From positions 1-38,740 of IMG/VR virus record IMGVR_UViG_3300020045_002935: DNA of 38,740 nucleotides. One strand, 5' to 3'. This document shows, one piece after another, positions 35,958 through 38,740 of this stretch. A model generated the notes under the pieces. The model did not search any database. It worked only from the letters and a program-made list of their open reading frames with translations, and was not told the origin of the DNA. The translations under genes were made by a program, and so were the position numbers. The DNA is from a virus. Lineage: Duplodnaviria > Caudoviricetes. Position 1 is the first letter of the stretch; each line of letters starts with the position of its first letter.

Positions 35958-36266
35958 ATGGATGATTTAAAATGGCTAAAAAGAAAATATCCAAATTCTT
36001 TCGAAGAATTAAACACATATTTTGACAGACAGGAATTGCGTGATTTTAAAAAATCAACTCTCAAAATTGGTAGATTAAATAAAGATATTATTTATTGCCA
36101 AAAATACAAAAAAGGCAGTATAATTCAATTTAGGAGAAGCAACCCGATCAATGACTACAACCATCCTTTTATATATTGCGTTGTAAAATGCCAAGTTGGA
36201 TATACTGCAAGCGGTTATCATTCTTTCAATATAACTAAAAACGATTTTATAGGAATTAATTCATAA
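35958..36266 (+). CDS. Hypothetical protein
   Basis: ORF in operon. Confidence 0.65.
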   Translation: MDDLKWLKRKYPNSFEELNTYFDRQELRDFKKSTLKIGRLNKDIIYCQKYKKGSIIQFRRSNPINDYNHPFIYCVVKCQVGYTASGYHSFNITKNDFIGINS

Positions 36267-36277
36267 CAACCATCAAC

Positions 36278-36475
36278 ATGACAATCGAAGAAATAAAAAA
36301 AAATCAATCAGACAACAAAATTAGCGATAAGGAATTATGCGCTATGGCTAACGTGTCAGTCGCAACGTTTTGGAGGTATAAAACAGGTAAAACTGAAATA
36401 TCCGTATCGAAATTAAAGCGACTTGAAACATCAATATCTGAAATATTAGAAGCTCGCAAAAATAATTGTAAATAA
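36278..36475 (+). CDS. XRE/Cro-like HTH regulator
   Basis: ISDKELCAMANVSVATFWRYKTGKTE. Confidence 0.8.
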   Translation: MTIEEIKKNQSDNKISDKELCAMANVSVATFWRYKTGKTEISVSKLKRLETSISEILEARKNNCK

Positions 36476-36496
36476 TTGATTTATTTAACCATATAA

Positions 36497-36528
36497 TTTG
36501 CATATATGAAAAGATTATACTATCTTTG
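36497..36528 (+). promoter_or_regulatory. Promoter of the recombination operon
   Basis: TTTGCATATATGAAAAGA...TATCTTTG. Confidence 0.75.
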
Positions 36529-36651
36529 TGTATTGAAATTCTAAAACAAAACGGTTATGGGAGCAATTTTAATTATAATATTAACTATAGTATCTATCAT
36601 TATATCAATTGTTGGTATTTGACAGTCAATTCAAAAAGATAAAAATAAGTT

Positions 36652-36822
36652 ATGATACACAAAGAAGAAATTGAAGATGTAATTGAATGCAAATCATGTG
36701 GAAATGAATTTGAAGAGCATGAGTTAAACGAATATATATTATGCTCGGGGTGCGAACAAGAACTTCAAGACGAAAAACAAACAATATTAGATACACAAAA
36801 TTCACTTAACAAACAATTTTAA
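36652..36822 (+). CDS. Small acidic zinc-binding protein (56 aa)
   Basis: MIHKEEIEDVIECKSCGNEFEEHELNEYILCSGCEQELQDE..., translated by hand. Confidence 0.65.
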   Translation: MIHKEEIEDVIECKSCGNEFEEHELNEYILCSGCEQELQDEKQTILDTQNSLNKQF

Positions 36823-36824
36823 TC

Positions 36825-37097
36825 ATGGAAACAAAACACACACAAGGAAAATGGACAGTTAGAAAAACAAAGAATAGAACTATCGAAATAAAATCAGATG
36901 GTATTGTTTTAATTTGCGAAATAGACATATCAAATGAAACAAATAACCCAACCCCAATAGGTGCAAATGCAAACGCAAAACTTATCGCTGCAGCACCTGA
37001 TTTACTTAAGGCATGCATTCAAGCATTAAGATTTGTAGATGTTGAAGAAACAGCATTTTGTGATTTAGAATTAGCAATTAAAAAAGCAACCGAATAA
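36825..37097 (+). CDS. Conserved phage protein
   Basis: HTQGKW...NAKLIAAAPDLLKA family. Confidence 0.8.
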   Translation: METKHTQGKWTVRKTKNRTIEIKSDGIVLICEIDISNETNNPTPIGANANAKLIAAAPDLLKACIQALRFVDVEETAFCDLELAIKKATE

Positions 37098-37099
37098 TC

Positions 37100-37282
37100 A
37101 TGGAAACAATCGAAGCGCTTTCTTCCGCAATTAAATTATTTCAAAAACACATTGATACTCGGTTGGTAACTGAACATTTCTATAGTTTGCCATCAACAAA
37201 ACACAAAATAGAAGTCTACGCAATGTGTATCGAAAGGCTATCACAACGAATGATTAAAGAATTAAACAAAATAAACAATTAA
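37100..37282 (+). CDS. Hypothetical protein
   Basis: ORF in operon. Confidence 0.6.
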   Translation: METIEALSSAIKLFQKHIDTRLVTEHFYSLPSTKHKIEVYAMCIERLSQRMIKELNKINN

Positions 37283-37285
37283 GTT

Positions 37286-37894
37286 ATGGAAGTAAAAGAA
37301 ATAACCCCCGAAATGTACATAGCTCTTAAAAAAGAATTGCCAGTTGAAGCTGTAAAACAACATCCTACAAAAACGTATTTAAGCAGTATTAAGGCTATTT
37401 ATGTAACTGAAAGATTAAACGATGTGTTTGGGTGCGGTTCTTGGCAAATTAAAGCCGAAAAAATATCAGAAAATAGTAACGGTATGGTAGTCGTAAAAAC
37501 AATATTAACCATACCTATGTATGGAGTTTATTATGAAAGTTTTGGTGGTAATGATAACGGAGGAGAAAACTCTAAAAACTTCGATTTAGGTGATGCCTAC
37601 AAAGGTGCAACTACCGATGGAATTACAAAGATAGGGTCTTATTTAGGAATTGGAATTAGTGTATTCCAAGGGAAAGGGAATATTCCTCCAAAGAAAGAAC
37701 CTGTTAAGCCATCTTTCTTAGATAAAGAGAAAGCTATTAAAGAAATGGACGAAGTAAAAAGTCTTTCTGAAATAACAGTAGTTTGGAAAAAGTATGTCGG
37801 TCTACAATCAGACAAAGAATTTATTGAGTCAACAAGAAAAGCAGGTTTAAAATATCCAAAAACAGAACAAAATGAATCAAATGTCAGTAAGTAG
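37286..37894 (+). CDS. Rad52/Sak-like single-strand annealing protein
   Basis: YVTERLNDVFG...W...DAYKGATTD.ITK....LGIG..V. Confidence 0.8.
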   Translation: MEVKEITPEMYIALKKELPVEAVKQHPTKTYLSSIKAIYVTERLNDVFGCGSWQIKAEKISENSNGMVVVKTILTIPMYGVYYESFGGNDNGGENSKNFDLGDAYKGATTDGITKIGSYLGIGISVFQGKGNIPPKKEPVKPSFLDKEKAIKEMDEVKSLSEITVVWKKYVGLQSDKEFIESTRKAGLKYPKTEQNESNVSK

Positions 37895-38357
37895 CTTAAC
37901 GGCTCTATTCCCAGAAACAAAATCACAAATCGAAGTATTTGTTGATAAGATGGTAAGTGATGCTTTAGAGGGGTATATCTCCCCTTTAAAGACAGATGCA
38001 CAATTGGCGTGCATGGAAAATGTAGTAAAAAGTATTCGAGCAAATAAAGAGTTTAAAGATGCTTTATTGTCCGAAGCAGAAAAAGAAAATGCCAAAACAT
38101 TTACATGCTATAATGCACAATTTCAAATTAAAGAAGTTGGTACAAAATGGCATTACGAAGATTGCGGACATGAACAATATGAGCGTATTTGCGCACAAAT
38201 CGATGAATTGACCGAGCAAAAGAAATCGTTTGAAAAATTCATGCAAGCTCAGAAAAAAGAGTTTGAACATTTGGACTCAGAAACTGGTTCTGTTTATACA
38301 GTTAAGCCTCCTTACAAAACAAGTACGACACAAGTAGTAACAACAATAAATAAATAA
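37872..38357 (+). CDS. Conserved hypothetical protein of the recombination module
   Basis: KEVGTKW.YEDCG...ETG...PP.K.S; lies between the SSAP and SSB-like genes. Confidence 0.7.
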   Translation: MNQMSVSSLTALFPETKSQIEVFVDKMVSDALEGYISPLKTDAQLACMENVVKSIRANKEFKDALLSEAEKENAKTFTCYNAQFQIKEVGTKWHYEDCGHEQYERICAQIDELTEQKKSFEKFMQAQKKEFEHLDSETGSVYTVKPPYKTSTTQVVTTINK

Positions 38358-38362
38358 AAAAG

Positions 38363-38704
38363 ATGGAAATACAAGGTAAAATTATTTCTATCCTTCCAAT
38401 TCAAGAAGGACAAGGAAAAAATGGAACGTGGCGTTCACAAGATTATGTACTGGAAACAGCCGATCAATATCCGAAAAAGGTGTGTTTTAATCTTTTCGGC
38501 GATAAAATTGATCAGTTTCCTATCTCTATAGATGAAACTGTAAATATCAGTTTTGACATTGAAAGCCGAGAATATAACGGACGTTGGTACACAACCGTAA
38601 GAGCGTGGAAGATTGACAAAGTAGGTCAACAAGTGGCAAGTAAACCAAACGTTCAACAAGTAACTCAACCGAGTGCAAGCGAAGGGAGTGATCTCCCATT
38701 TTAA
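38363..38704 (+). CDS. DUF3127 protein (SSB-like)
   Basis: MEIQGKI...W..QDYVLET..QYPKKVCF..FGDKI...REYNGRWYT...AWKI; C-terminal DLPF. Confidence 0.88.
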   Translation: MEIQGKIISILPIQEGQGKNGTWRSQDYVLETADQYPKKVCFNLFGDKIDQFPISIDETVNISFDIESREYNGRWYTTVRAWKIDKVGQQVASKPNVQQVTQPSASEGSDLPF

Positions 38705-38740
38705 CACATGGATATTTTACTATTAAAAACGGAGCGGGGA
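38620..38740. repeat. Terminal direct repeat, copy 2
   Basis: Identical to 1..121. Confidence 0.95.

Larger units (their letters stand above)
1..38740. mobile_element. Complete circular Caudoviricetes phage genome, siphovirus-like, Bacteroidota host inferred
   Basis: Terminase, portal, protease, HK97-type capsid, tape measure, tail fibre, endolysin and primase-helicase are all present, and the ends overlap. Confidence 0.93.

Noticed and set aside
9965-36622. Genome-wide stop-codon reassignment (as in some crAss-like phages)
   Set aside because: All core genes are intact in code 11. Only two isolated suspicious stops were seen, one TAG and one TGA.
1094-38707. Minus-strand and nested ORFs in the six-frame track (e.g. 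10317..10823, 14760..15080, 37639..38043, 2836..3093)
   Set aside because: They are shadows of well-supported + strand genes, with no motifs or expression signals.
38620-38740. 121-bp terminal repeat as a biological direct terminal repeat
   Set aside because: It cuts through coding sequence and its length is consistent with an assembler k-mer overlap. A PBSX-like terminase suggests headful, circularly permuted packaging.

Overview
The window is an apparently complete, circularly assembled AT-rich tailed dsDNA phage genome of about 38,619 bp (bases 1-121 repeat exactly at 38620-38740). A Bacteroidota host is inferred from DUF3127/DUF4494/DUF6291-like genes, TTTG...TAnnTTTG promoters and Shine-Dalgarno-less A-rich start regions. 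Nearly all genes are on the + strand: early small genes and recombination (33.5-38.7 kb, 0-3.4 kb), replication (3.6-6.4 kb), accessory genes (6.4-10.3 kb), packaging and head (10.3-16.2 kb), tail (16.2-30.9 kb, siphovirus-like with a long tape measure) and lysis (30.9-33.1 kb). I recognise no integrase. The most unusual elements are: a ~200-nt multibranched ncRNA candidate fused to a tRNA-like element with a broken anticodon arm; a kissing-loop leader/terminator before the replication operon; a phage-encoded RNA polymerase alpha-CTD homologue together with two late promoters sharing a 25-bp upstream box; twin covarying hairpins before the capsid gene; two virion-region proteins with Sec-type signal peptides; an acr-aca-like cassette bounded by 16-bp direct repeats; and duplicated tail-tube-like genes. 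All family assignments come from motif recognition by eye; no searches were run.
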